NCBI GenBank assembly: GCA_964057225.1
Contig: OZ059896.1
Location: 15,624,001 to 15,688,000 of the forward strand
Source: Auanema rhodensis
Taxonomy: Eukaryota > Animalia > Nematoda
Length of the DNA stretch: 64,000 nucleotides
Direction: 5' to 3'
Of this stretch, positions 14,525-27,200 are shown in pieces. A program made the position numbers and the translations under genes. Below the pieces are notes generated by a model. It ran no database searches. It was given only the letters and a program-made list of their open reading frames with translations, and was not told where the DNA came from. Numbering within the stretch: position 1 is the stretch's first letter; each line of letters starts with the position of its first letter.

Positions 14525-17500
14525 ATGTACCACTTTCAGCGACATGATGACGGTTATGATGATCAAGCTGCAGCCGGTGTTTTTCCTTTTATGCATCTGC
14601 CATATCTAGCTCAACTTGAAATTATTCAAAATGTAAAAAAACTAATTATTTCTAATTATTATAATTTTAAAGGAAAATTGCAGTTAGATCTAGATAGTTA
14701 CACGAAATTTCGGCGAACCTGCTCTCAGCTCAATCATACACTTCTGAATTCTGATATCAGCTTTACACGTAAAGTTCAACGCATTTATGTGACAAAGGTA
14801 AATAAAAATATAATATATTATATAGTTTAATATCTTTAATTATATGTATTTTATATAAATTTAAATATTTTTTCCCTTTCTTCATCTTTTTGTCCTCTCA
14901 ATTACATGTAGATGTATCTTTTGCAATTATTTGTTATTCAAATTTATGTAAATATCTAACATGTAAATACATAACAACATGATATGGTTTCCTATTTGTA
15001 ATCATTTTAGTCATCAAATCATTTTTTTCGACGTCACAAACTTATAGTATCGAAAGATAATGAGGAAAAACTCAAAAAGATTAGGATAATCCTCAGTTGA
15101 AACCTTATGCTATAATTCTATTATTTTCACCAAAAATTCTCTATTAATCGTCATCAAAACGTTTTCTTTTCTTTTTTTTATTATTATTATGTATAATAAA
15201 TTAAAAGATAATAATCTTTAAAATAATATATTATAAATTATTTTCTTTTCTTTTAATTTAATTCCGATTTCATTAAGTTTTTCTAATTTTTTTAATTTTG
15301 TTTATACTTGATTGATATCAAAAGATCTTTTGTTTATTATTCTTTTATTTTAAAATCTTTATATAATTAGTTAACTATACTATATGTATATTCAAATATC
15401 CATATACTTTTTGAAAATTCTTTTTTTTAGTTTCAAATTAGCTTTCAATACAGCTTTAGCATATGTTTTCCTAATTTAAAAACATGTTTAAGCTGTCATG
15501 ATGAAAGAAAAATAGAAAATTAGATTCCAATATGTAACACTAAATCTAAAAGCGATTTATAAAAACATTTTGAAAAAAAAAACAAAAAAAAAAGATTTGA
15601 ATATAATTAATTTTTTTTAATTCTTCTTATAATAAAATATTAATAATTATTAAAAGGATTTAGTTTTTCATAACTTTAAGTATGTTTGGTATGTTCCAAA
15701 AACAAACAAAAAACTATTTCAAATATGAAATATTTTTTTTTGAATATTTTTTATTATAGAAAACATATTTTAAATTTTTTCAAAAAAAAAAGTAAATAAA
15801 AATATTGAGTTTTAAATTTTTTATGATTTTTTGAAATTTGAATGTTACATAAGGTCGAGGTCCAGATATGAACTGTACTATCTTTATGTAAATATGCTAT
15901 TATATCAAACTTAACTATATATATATATTATATATATATATGTAAATATTTAAATTTAACTATATATTTCAGAATTCAACAACCTTTTCATATATTACTA
16001 AAGAAGGAGAATACAAGGAATATCCTTGGCAAATACTTAAAACGTTTCCGGGTCGACGGAAATTACGACTTGAAGCCAAGGCTTTATGCATAGATGTAAT
16101 TTTTCTTTTTTTTTTCATTATAATCGTCCTAACAACAGAATTAGTATTTTTAGGTTTTTTTTTCTTTTTTTTTTCAGTGTAATTTGGATCAAACAATTGT
16201 AAAAAGAATTATTGGATTACTGTCACAAATTGAGACAAAAGCTGAAAGTATTGAATTTGTGCATCGGGTGCTATGTTCGCCAAATGATCTTATTGTCATA
16301 TTTCAAGTATGTTTCATCTTTTTTATTTAAATAAAGAAAAAGAAAAAGTCACTAGTTATATGTATATGATGATCTAGAATATGTCTGACGAAATGAATAT
16401 CAAAATGGATAATTTTGAACCGATTCGACTAATTCAGTCTTTACTCTTTTGGTTATTTAAGTAGCAATATATTCTGAAAGTAAGAAGATTGGTTAAAACT
16501 TTGAACACAACCTAAAGCTTCTTTTCTGAATTTCATAAACAAAATTTCATTTCTAATATATTAACTTCAATCTAAAATATGTTCTTCATATTTGAAATAA
16601 ATAGTAAATTAGCTTGAATTTATATATATATATATATATATATATTATTAATTATATGTATAATTAAAATTATTTTTAAAGAATTTAAGAAAAAAGAAAA
16701 ATTTAGACATATGATTATTTCAGAAATGTCAAGCAAATGCACTTCAGTTTTGCAGTCGAATACAGTTCAACCCTTTTCAAATTCCTGAATTACAATCTGT
16801 ATGAGCTCATTCAGAAATGATAATCATACGTGTATCTAACTTTATTTCTTCCAGATTCGACATCTACAATTCTCGCAATCTGCTCCATCTGATGAAGAAT
16901 TTTTAAATTTACGATTAGATGGGTTAAAAGTTCGAGGTGATAGCTTATCAAATGCTGCAATACGAACATATCTTAGAGTATATTTAATAATTTCTATATA
17001 ATATTAATTATATTAATTATAGGAATTAGCTGAAGGATATCGATCAACTCAATCAACATGTCTTATTGAATATGATGAAATGTTTGATTTTACTGAACAT
17101 GATATGAATGAGATAACAGAAAATCTTGCCTGTATTCTTTGGACACCACAATGGCATTCATATAGTATTATCTCATCAATGAAATTAGATTATCCACAAT
17201 CAGAATATTATATTTATATTGTATTTAGTCAGTTATATTCTAATATACAATGGAAAGTTATATTTCATCATGGTCATTTAACTATACAACCAGTAACTGA
17301 TATACGATATGCTTTACCATTAACATATACTCAATTTCGAATAATATTTAATGAATGTTCTGAATGTAATATAAAACAAAACTGTTATCATCATATTCCT
17401 AAAATATGTCAAACAGTTAGTGTTAAAGCTGATGTAAAGCTTGTTAACACATCTTATAACATTACATATTCATCAACTGTTATGAACTTTGTCAAACACA

Positions 17501-17577
17501 TCTTATCGTATTTACTTCCTATCAAATCAATTATCACAAAAGTTGGTAATTCACTTGAAAAATTGCATTTAATCTAA
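14525..17577 (+). CDS. F-box protein with FBA-like C-terminal region
   Basis: N-terminal FPFMHLPYLAQLEIIQN|LDLDSYTKFRRTCSQLNH is an F-box motif. Exons at ~15973-16095, 16178-16306, 16723-16797, 16855-16977 and 17023-17577 join in frame (LSNAAIRTYLR|ELAEGYR resembles FBA). Confidence 0.85.
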
Positions 17578-17591
17578 ATAACTAGAAGTTA

Positions 17592-17618
17592 TACGTGAAT
17601 TACGTGAATTACGTGAAA
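17592..17618. repeat. Tandem 9-mer (TACGTGAAT) x3
   Basis: tacgtgaat tacgtgaat tacgtgaaa, starting 15 bp after the F-box stop codon. Confidence 0.85.
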
Positions 17619-18096
17619 CGTAACTAACTGACACGTCAACATCAACCATTCACGTGTATTCTTCACTTAATCTCGTTGTCATTTGGCATAATTCAGTAAA
17701 ACAGAGAGCGGTTGTATTCCATTCCATAATAAATTTGTTTTCAAATTATAAATATTATTGTAAATCAATTAATATTTGTAATAATTATATGTAAATATTA
17801 TTATTTATTGTTATTTTTAATATAGTTTTAAAATTAAATAATAATTCTAAGAATTAAAAATAAATAATTTTATTATTTTTCTTGTATATTGCATGTAATA
17901 ATATTGATTATTATATTAAAATTAATATAATAATAGAAGTTTAATTTATTTTTAATTTATACTATATAAATATAAATATAAATTATTATTATTATTTATA
18001 TTTCAAATTTACAAGTAAATATTATCGTTGTATAATAGTTAAATGAATATAAATATATTGAAATAGTTATTGAGAGGAAGTTCATCTTAAGTGATT

Positions 18097-18872
18097 CTAT
18101 GCTATCCGAGAACAGACACATCGAATTAAGCATAAGCCAATGAAAATTGAAACAAAGGCAATTCCAAATAAGACGAAATTCTCCATTGTTATTAACTTAT
18201 CCTCTTTATACTTCTCATGAACAATAACTTCACAGTTACGAAGCTGTTTTGGCATCTTATCAACAACAACATAACGAACATCCATATCTGTCTTCATTAT
18301 ATGAAACGGTATTTGCTTTGTTATAACATAGATTGTGTTGATGGAATAGCCTAAGGGCATTTCATATTTCATTGGAAGACGTAGAGTACATCTGAAATTT
18401 AGATTAATTAGCAAATACATTTGTAAAGTTTGTTATAAGTTTATCAAAGTTTAGTTAATATTTTAACTAACATTTATTTTACTTACTTTGGGCATTCATC
18501 ACATCGTGCTATAACTGATACATCTGATAAGCGTAGGTTCGAAAACGATGGTAATCGAGGAGGATCAGTACATATTGGATCAGAAGATATAAGATCCCAT
18601 GTTATTAACACACCTATACTAAGCTTGTTATTAACTATATCATATAAAATCTTGTAAAACTAAACTTGATGTTGACATACCTGAATCAGATGAACGATAC
18701 GATGGTTCAAGTATAGCCGATTGTGAGCTGTTCCCACACCGAAGTCGTATCTAAAAGTGCATAAACTTCCGATTTTCGCATTAAAAATAGAAGCAAAGTT
18801 GGAAAAGAGTTATAAACTAACCGCCAAAGAATGGACAGCAAAATAGAGGATGAAATTAAGCTGACGGATCAT
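18097..18872 (-). CDS. Small type-I membrane protein of unknown family (~180 aa, 4 exons)
   Basis: MIRQLNFILYFAVHSLA (signal-like) | IRLRCGNSSQ... | VLITWDLISSDPIC...ARCDECPK | CTLRLP...FVLFGIAFVSIFIGLCLIRCVCSRIA*. All junctions are GT-AG and phase-compatible. Confidence 0.8.
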
Positions 18873-20620
18873 CTTAGTGCCATAAAGGAGCTAAAATTGG
18901 TTTGATTATGCTCAGCAGTAGAAGAATCTCGAATGACGATTGACGTGAAAGTGAAGCTATTGACTTCTAAAACGTTCTAAATCATAGAAAAAGAAGATAT
19001 CTTGAAAAAAAATTATTTGAAATTGAAAAAAAAAGATTTCTTAAGAATAGTTCGACAAAAATGTTTTTTTGTTGTTGAAAAAGATGAGTTTAAAATGAAA
19101 ATTAAAAGAAAAAAGATGAAAATAAATGTTTTTCTTTTGGTAAAAAATAAATTTTTAAAGTTTAAAGAGATGAAATAATATGGTTGTGAGAATTTTTTAA
19201 AAGCTATGTAATGAGGCGGAAAGCTTCTATCTATTAGTACTATTACATATACAACTGTAATGCTATAACTTTCAATTCATTTATACACTTTTGTTTCTTT
19301 TAAGAAGAAATATTTGAAAGTTAATATGGATTTGTATGTTTGAAGTGGATTCAAAGAGGTTCTATATTGGATAATGAATGTGAGAAAGCTATTGTTGGAT
19401 AGGTTAGGATTGATTGCAAGTTACAGAAAAGAAGAAAAAATTGCTATTTTCCAACTTATTCTTCAAGAAATTTTGAAAGAAGCCTAAATAAATATATTTT
19501 AGAATAGTATTATTCATAAACGATATAATGTTTGTCTTTTTGAAAAAATAAAGAAAAGAATGATGATGAGGAGGATGATGAAGTAGTTCGTAGAGTACAG
19601 AGATAAGCTGAAAGAGTTCTGTAGTAAGTAAGAAGATTGAGATCTTTGAACAGCTTGAATCAAAAGAGAGAGAGAGAGACTAGAAGATAGTGAAAGGAGA
19701 GCAAGAGAGAGAGGGAGAGAAAGAGAAAGAGAGGGAAGTATCGATAAATTTTCATTTCGATTTGATTCCAAATAGTTTTTTCCTGGACCCAAAATGAAAT
19801 TTTGAATGAAAAAAAAAACGTAAGCAAGAAGAAGTTGCATATATGAGCAAGTTGAATTGATTAGCATAGGTTTAGTAAATATATTGTCTTCCTAAAAGCG
19901 TAATATTTGAAAAATTGGTTTCTGCTATATTCTATTTCGTATTTTAGTATAATTTCATAAAACTTCGTTCAAGTTATAAGAAATAGAAGAAGTAAAAAAA
20001 AGTTTTCTTTTTCAAGTTTAATCGTAATGTCAATTTGATGAAATTGATTGAAAAAACTTAAACTAAACATATATAATAAACTTGAAACAACTTGAAGCGA
20101 ATAAAGTTAAATTAGAGTGCAAACTGATCTCCTTTTGACATGGAATACATGTTATATGCTCTAAGATGCTCGTAGATGTTTGAAATTCATTAAATGGCGT
20201 TGTTGGTAACGTTCAAGCAAAATACGAAGATTTCTGTATTTTTATTCAAAAAAAATTCCATTCAAGCTCATTTAACGCTTTAAGTTCAAGTTCTCTGCGA
20301 TAAAATAAAGAACATTTTGTATTTTTGTTTGAGAGCATACCATATGTATAGTTAAAAATAACACATTGTGGGAACATTGGACTAGTTTATTCTATACAAT
20401 TACATATTTTGAGAAATTTTAATATAATTATTCACATAAAGTTAAATATAATAATATCAAAAATACAAGTATAACATATATGGACAATGGTTTCTTTGCA
20501 AAATTTGATGAAAAAGATAGAAAGGACGAAAATGAGAAAAGGAGGGAAAGAGACAATAAGAGAATAAGAAAGAACAGATATATACATATATGTATGTAGT
20601 ATATACACATCAGCTTTTGG

Positions 20621-20962
20621 CTAATAATGTGAATACTGCGAATATGAGGCATCACCCATCGGAGGACGTGGCAACGGATGATTCTTCTCATGGAGGATCA
20701 GATTCAGAATGTGATCCCATTGCTGGCCGTCAACAGCTTCAGAATTTTCTTCGAGATTATCGATCACTTCAACCAGTACATTACGCATATCTTTCCACTG
20801 ACTGGTGAAACTTGCAGCATTTTCAGATGACAAAAACTTGCTCATTACATCAAGCCAAAGACCTGACATCTGGAAAGAATGAAGAAAATTATTTTGAACA
20901 AGTTCATTTGTTTTAAAATATAGCGTTAAGAATCAAAAAGAGTAAGTGAAGACATAGAGAAA

Positions 20963-21001
<39 letters not shown>

Positions 21002-22441
21002 AGATGAAAAGAAAAGAATTAACAAACCTTTGTACGTCTCTCATATTCTTCTTCACAAGCTGTTATAATAGAAGAAATTGGCTTTGAGTATAAAACTATT
21101 TTATTCATCGCATCAGCTACAAGCTTTGCATCATCTTTATTCGACATTTTTCTCAAACTTTCAGATATTTGATCCACAGCCTGTTCAACAACAAATTGAG
21201 TTTTTTTGTTTTTCTTCATATTGTAAATTAATTTTTTTAATTTTCTTACCGATTGCATCCAATATGAAAAATTATTACTTGACTTTATCTCGATGTTTGC
21301 TGAACAACTTTCTGAGAATTCCTTAGCAAGTGTGTCCAACTGCAAAAAAAAATATTTTTTGATCTTTCATTTCAAAGTAGAACAACAGAGAGAGAGGGTG
21401 GGGAAAGAGAAAGATCTCAATCACCTTTAGATGTTTTCAAATTTATAACATACTTCAACTGCTAATAATGAGATTGTTTCATGATTTTTATGTTTTTCCA
21501 AAATACAACATCCACATAGAACATACTTTTTAAGCTGAAAATGCTTGCAAATGACAACGAAAAGCTATTCATTCAAGTAACTGACCTTCAACTGATTACT
21601 GATTATGATACGTCCATTGCTTTCGACCTGAAGAACTTTTGTTCCAACACCACATGTCTCACATACAGCCATACGTGATTCAGTTGTGCTCAAGCCACAT
21701 CCACTACATTCCTGTAAATATGCTGTTAATGCATGATGAAGCATGATTATTGGTTACCATCATTGTTTCATCATTTTTTGAAATTTTATTTATTTCATTT
21801 GATGTTCCAGATTTTCGTTTCATAAATTCTAGAAATAATATTAAAATTATAAATAAAATTATAAATAGATATACCAACTAATTGAAAATTGACAGTTCGT
21901 ACTTTGAATGCATGTGATGTATTACATACTGGACAACGAGATGTTGCTGTACGATTTGGACTTCTAGAAAAACAGAATAAATAGATTATATCATATAATA
22001 AATAATCAATAAAATATTTTAACAAACCTTAAATTTTCAACACATTCCATACAAAGTGTATGACCACAACTTCCTATTAATGGACGTTTATCATCATCAT
22101 CTAAAAAAAAATTAATTATACATATGCTCTATTTTTTTTCTGTGATTATAAATTTATTCATTCATTCCCCTCAAATATAAAATAAAACTTTTTTTTCACC
22201 ATATTAACTCTCTGACTCAAACGTCATCATAAATCTGTGACGTCATTCACGTACATTTCCACGTACGCGAGGGAATATTGAACAATCATTTTTATTTTTG
22301 AATTATTATGATTCGGTTGCTTTCTTCATTTTTCTATTTTAATTTTTTCTTTTCTTCACATTATACTAATTATAATTTTTAATATAACATACCATAGTTA
22401 TCTTTACATATATTACAATCAAAATCAAACGGCTTTGACAT
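20621..22441 (-). CDS. RING finger / B-box-like / coiled-coil protein (TRIM-like E3 ligase)
   Basis: C3HC4 RING (CNIC...SCGHTLCMEC...CPVC), then ECSGC...CETC...LCGCCILEKHKNH (split B-box-like), then helical exons 21027-21342 and 20621-20870. Confidence 0.88.
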
Positions 22442-23286
22442 TATTTTCGAGAAATTTTGCCTGAAATTTGATAGAAAACTATAAGATAAGAAATTAATCA
22501 ATACATTTAAAAACATACATATATATATATATAATAAGTTATAATAATATAGTATATAAATTAAGTAATAAAACAGTTTTACACTAAACAAGTTAAGAAA
22601 ATATTTTAAAGATAATAATGTTTTTCTTTTTTTTTTCAAACAACAAATGAATATAGAAAATTAAATAAAAAGGAAAAAGAATAAGATATTGTAAAGCAAG
22701 TTATTTGAATCAACGTTTGTTAATACATATGATGCCAAGGCAACGCTTCAGGCTGTTGAAAAGAAAAATCTAGACTAACTGACTAAGACTTGATGTTTTA
22801 AATGTAAAATTCAATTAAAAATAATGAATGTATAATTACATATTTGATTATTAATTGAAAATATATATACATATAAATGATAAAGAATTTTTATTATGAA
22901 AATGATACAAAAATACAAGTTTTATCATGATATTATGTTTAAATCATGAGTAAACTATGCATCTATGGCTTAATCATGCGGTTTGTGAGACGATGGTTGC
23001 CGTCAGTAACGTGCATGTACATATGTTCGACGTCCCCTCCCCCCAACGACAACGAAGGAAGGCTTACTACATCGTCCGCTTTTATATAAAATTCGTTTTT
23101 ATTTGTTCCTTAACTATTCAAATTATTTAAATTAATTGTAATTATATGGCATATAAGTATTTAATTATTTATATAATAATAATAATAATAGCAATTATTA
23201 AAAATTAAATAAGAGGGAAACGTACATATATACTACATATCCTATGTATTATAATATTTTTAAAAAGAAAGAGAAAATAGAGAAAG

Positions 23287-23294
<8 letters not shown>

Positions 23295-23339
<45 letters not shown>
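23295..23339. repeat. (AG)n microsatellite
   Basis: Directly visible. Confidence 0.95.
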
Positions 23340-23341
<2 letters not shown>

Positions 23342-23644
23342 TGTGTACAAAAGTGAATAAATGTCCCCCATATCAAAGTTATTAATGAAACTTTGAAATT
23401 AAAATATGTATAATATGCATATTTTAAAAAAATATATTAATTGAAAAAACATAATACAATAATTTTACTTTATAAATTAAAAATAAATAAATAAAGATAA
23501 AGGAAAATATGAACCCGAATCGTTTTATGCCAGAGGTCAATAGAAAAATGAAAATGATGCCTAAGTGTATTGAATTGTATATTCTGGAGAGGAGTTGCTG
23601 ACGACGACGTACATACGCAATATCTCGTGCTTCATCAAATGGCT

Positions 23645-24232
23645 TCAGCAACAAACACAACGGAAGAATGACACAAAGCACGCGAGAAAGGCTTTCAGAA
23701 GAATGACACCGAATACAACACTGAAATAGAAAAAAATCATTGTTCTTCACAATTTTTACATAGAAGCTGCATTTTTTAAAGAGGAAGATTAAGTATTAAA
23801 ATAGAATTTTGGATGAAACTTACATGACCCACATACGTAAATACCAACAACATTGATCGGTTCTACTTTTACAGCATTTGTAATATACGAAAAATCCATC
23901 ATCTGGACATCTGAAGTGAAAGAAAAATTGTTTTTGTCTAAATTTAAAAAAAATTAAATTTCTTAAATTTTCTTCAAAAAAAACTTTTATATGAATAAAG
24001 ACTATTCACATGAAATATCAATGAAATTTCATAGTTTTTGAAAATATTCATAAACTTACTGTCCGTATCCACAGTGCATTCGAAGATCACGCTGAATCTT
24101 CAAGCGACTGTAATGTTTTCGAATTTGATGAGGACGTTCATGGCTGAGAGTTCGAAGATGTTTAGGATCTTCGACAAGATTAGCAAGACACATTGATACC
24201 AGTAGAGTAAGGAATATGATGAGATAACGCAT
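23645..24232 (-). CDS. Small Shisa-like (C-C-CC-CC) single-pass membrane protein, 3 exons
   Basis: MRYLIIFLTLLVSMCLA signal peptide; HCGYGQCPDDGFFVYYKCCKSRTDQCCWYLRMW; TM VIVVFGVILLKAFLACFVSFF; tail RCVCC*. Canonical gtaagt donors and ttcag acceptors. Confidence 0.85.
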
Positions 24233-27200
24233 GATGTCTTCAAATAAAATAATTTATAATAATAAGAAGAAGAATTGAATGAAATGATAAAAATAATTTA
24301 AAATCATAATGGACATGAGAATATAAGAAGAAGATAAAGAGAGTTCGAGAGAAAGAGAGAGAGATAGAGAGATAGATAGAGAGATAGAGAGATAGAGAGT
24401 AAAAGAGAGGAACATGCAAAAATGGAAATGTTATGTTCAACATGCTTGAGGGTTAATATGCTGCAATATTAAGCTGCAGAGCTGGAGTTTTAGCTGAGAT
24501 TAAAAGTTCATCATAAAATAAACGATGTTGGAAAATTAATAACTATATAAAGATTATAAATATTTTATTTTTTATTGGATGTTTTGTTGTTGTTTTTTAA
24601 AAAAATATATTTAAAAGAATTGTAACATACGAATATTCCAAATATTGGCTTCAAAGTCGAAGAAAATGAAATTATAAAACAGTAATTTAAACATTAAAAA
24701 TGGAAAAATGAAGATTTTAAGAAGAAATGTGATCAAAAAGAAGGAATATCGAAAATAGAGACTGAGTTAAAGAGTTGTGGGGGAGGAGTAGCAATAGGGT
24801 ATGAACTTATAGTTCAAAATTCATATATTTCTCGGATTCAAAATAAGCTTAATGAGAAAACAAATTGGAATAATAGTTGGAGAAAAACGAAAGATACAAC
24901 AGATCGAATAAGAGTTTGAAAGAAACCTTTAACATCCTTGTTCTTTTGATTTGTTGCTCTCATAAGCAGTTGATTTTTAAGGAAGAAGAATATTATAATA
25001 AAAAAAATAATATATATGTATATACTATATAGAAATAAAATTGAAAAATTATTTTAAGATAAAAAGAAAAAAGCATTTTAAAAGAATTTTAGAAAAATGT
25101 TTAATGGGCGGATTTGGATGTGAAAGAATATATTTTTTTCTTCAAAATTAGATTATATACAAAGTTTCAATGACAGGCTTTTGGTTAAAAAATAATTTTT
25201 TTTTCTTTTGAAGTGTAGATCTTGAATATAATAATTAAGATGACAAATAGTTGAAATAGTTGAACAGACTCTTCTTAAATATTAAAATTTTTGGCTTTTC
25301 AATGTGTTAGTCATGCGGAACAAATATTTTTGAATAGTAAAATAATTAGAGAATTAAGTGTTTGTTGGTGAAAGTAGAAACAAGAATAACATCACCTTTT
25401 ATACGAATTTTATGAAAAAAAATTCAAAGTTTACGAATATCAGATTGTGGAAAAATTTTTTTGCAAAATAAAAATGTATTTGATGAAATAGAAAGAGAGG
25501 TAGAAGTGAAAGAAATGAAGGGAATGAAGGGAGAAGGAAGAATTGGAGAAAAGGTGAAAAGACAGGGCAAACATAGGTCGAAACTTTCTTTATATTTTAA
25601 TAAAAATAAATGAAATAAAGAGAAAAAGATAAAAAAGTCTGATAGCAAACGAGAAAGAAAGAGAGAAGAGAGTTACGGAAAAGAAAATAAAAGAAGTAGA
25701 AGTCGAGGACTAGCTGTCATCATATAAACAGTCGGACTGGAGCGATGTATCAGTAAACAGAGGTGTGAGATGCCAAGAAAGTTCATTTTGTTTGGAAAAA
25801 TAGAGAAAAGAGACGTCAGATGATTGGCAAAAGCCTTCTAAGGCTTCTAATATCATCCAGTTGAACATAATTGTGAGCTTCTTCAGGCGTTGTGGCGTTG
25901 TCATGCTCGTAATCAGTTTTGTGCTTTTTCTCTGCTCTCAATCTTTCACAAGCTATTCATTCTACCTTTTTCTGTTTCTCGTTGTGCCGTCCGAAATTTC
26001 GCATCTTCAGTTTCTTCAGTTTTGAACTAAAATTTGAAAAAAAAAGAAGAAGAAATTGACAAAACAAATAGTACTACGTGCTTGCGTTGTTATTTCAGTA
26101 CAACGTAAGAAGAAAGAATTGAGAAATTGAGGAAGGGTAATTGAGAAATACTTGGAAGAGTATATAGTAGAAGTGGAATCAAAAGTAAAAAAGGGATAAG
26201 AGTGAAAGACAAAAGAAGGATATACTTAGGTTAATACAATCATCTACTCAAGTACTCCTGGTTGCATTTGTTGGACAAAAATTGTTTTGAATTCTCAATG
26301 TTTAGCTCCTGCTGCGCTTCCTACTTTTCTGACAATAATAAGCTTGTCTCCTGCTAAAACATGCTTTTTCCTGATTGTTTTTTCAAAAGTATAATGATCT
26401 TTTGAGAAATAAAAAGCATCGTTAAATAATTTTTTATAAAACTTGAAGATGAGATTAGGCTTTCAGCGCATTGATGATTTTCAAAGGTTCATTGAAAACT
26501 TTATGTTGAAAAATAAAAAAATAAATGCTGTTGTTGTAAGAGAAAGCATGTTTCTCGTGTTCTTTTCGTTCCAATTATAGTTGTTCAGATACTTTCGGTG
26601 ATAATTCAATAGTTTGTGTAGTCCTCTCTGATCAAATATGCGATTCATGAGAAAATAAGCAAGTTGCTATAGTTGGCACAAAAAATAAATTCATTGATCA
26701 AGCTCAAAAATTACTTTTTCTGTTTCAGAACAGCTAGTTGAATGCAAAAAAAAGTTGTAAAAGACAATTGCATATACATATAGTTAAGCTGTATCTCGAT
26801 ATAAAACAAGCATGCTGTATTTTGCGAATTTCAAATAAGATTGGAAAAGATGTGAAAGATGGAAGAACACGAATCAAAAACATTTGAAGAATATCTAAAC
26901 TAAAGACTTTTGATTGATATGATGATACTGAAGTTGAATAATGATTGTTATGCTTTGAACGATAGTGATAATATGTAATTACAGATCCAAGTTTTAGCGG
27001 ATAAAAACTTGGATTTGTGAGTTCGTACAGACGATTACAGAAGATATATGTATAAAGATATAATAGAATCGAATAGAATATACAATCACAAATCATTTTT
27101 CAAATGTATATATATGTATATCAACTATATACATAAATGGAAAAAAGAAAGATGAACATATATACATCTGGTTAGGTGGCTGAACGATTGAAAAAAATAA

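Noticed and set aside
18536-18544. GGTTCGAA tRNA T-loop-like motif
   Set aside because: Inside a coding exon on the opposite strand; no cloverleaf.
22957-22990. Resemblance to the reverse complement of the 18S rRNA 5' end (atggcttaatc)
   Set aside because: Only ~11 nt match; the flanks diverge.
23424-23750. 108 aa minus ORF in the track
   Set aside because: Wrong frame. Splice phase puts exon 3 in the frame ending RCVCC* at 23645.
26720-26727. piRNA Ruby motif CTGTTTCA
   Set aside because: Isolated occurrence; no cluster density seen.
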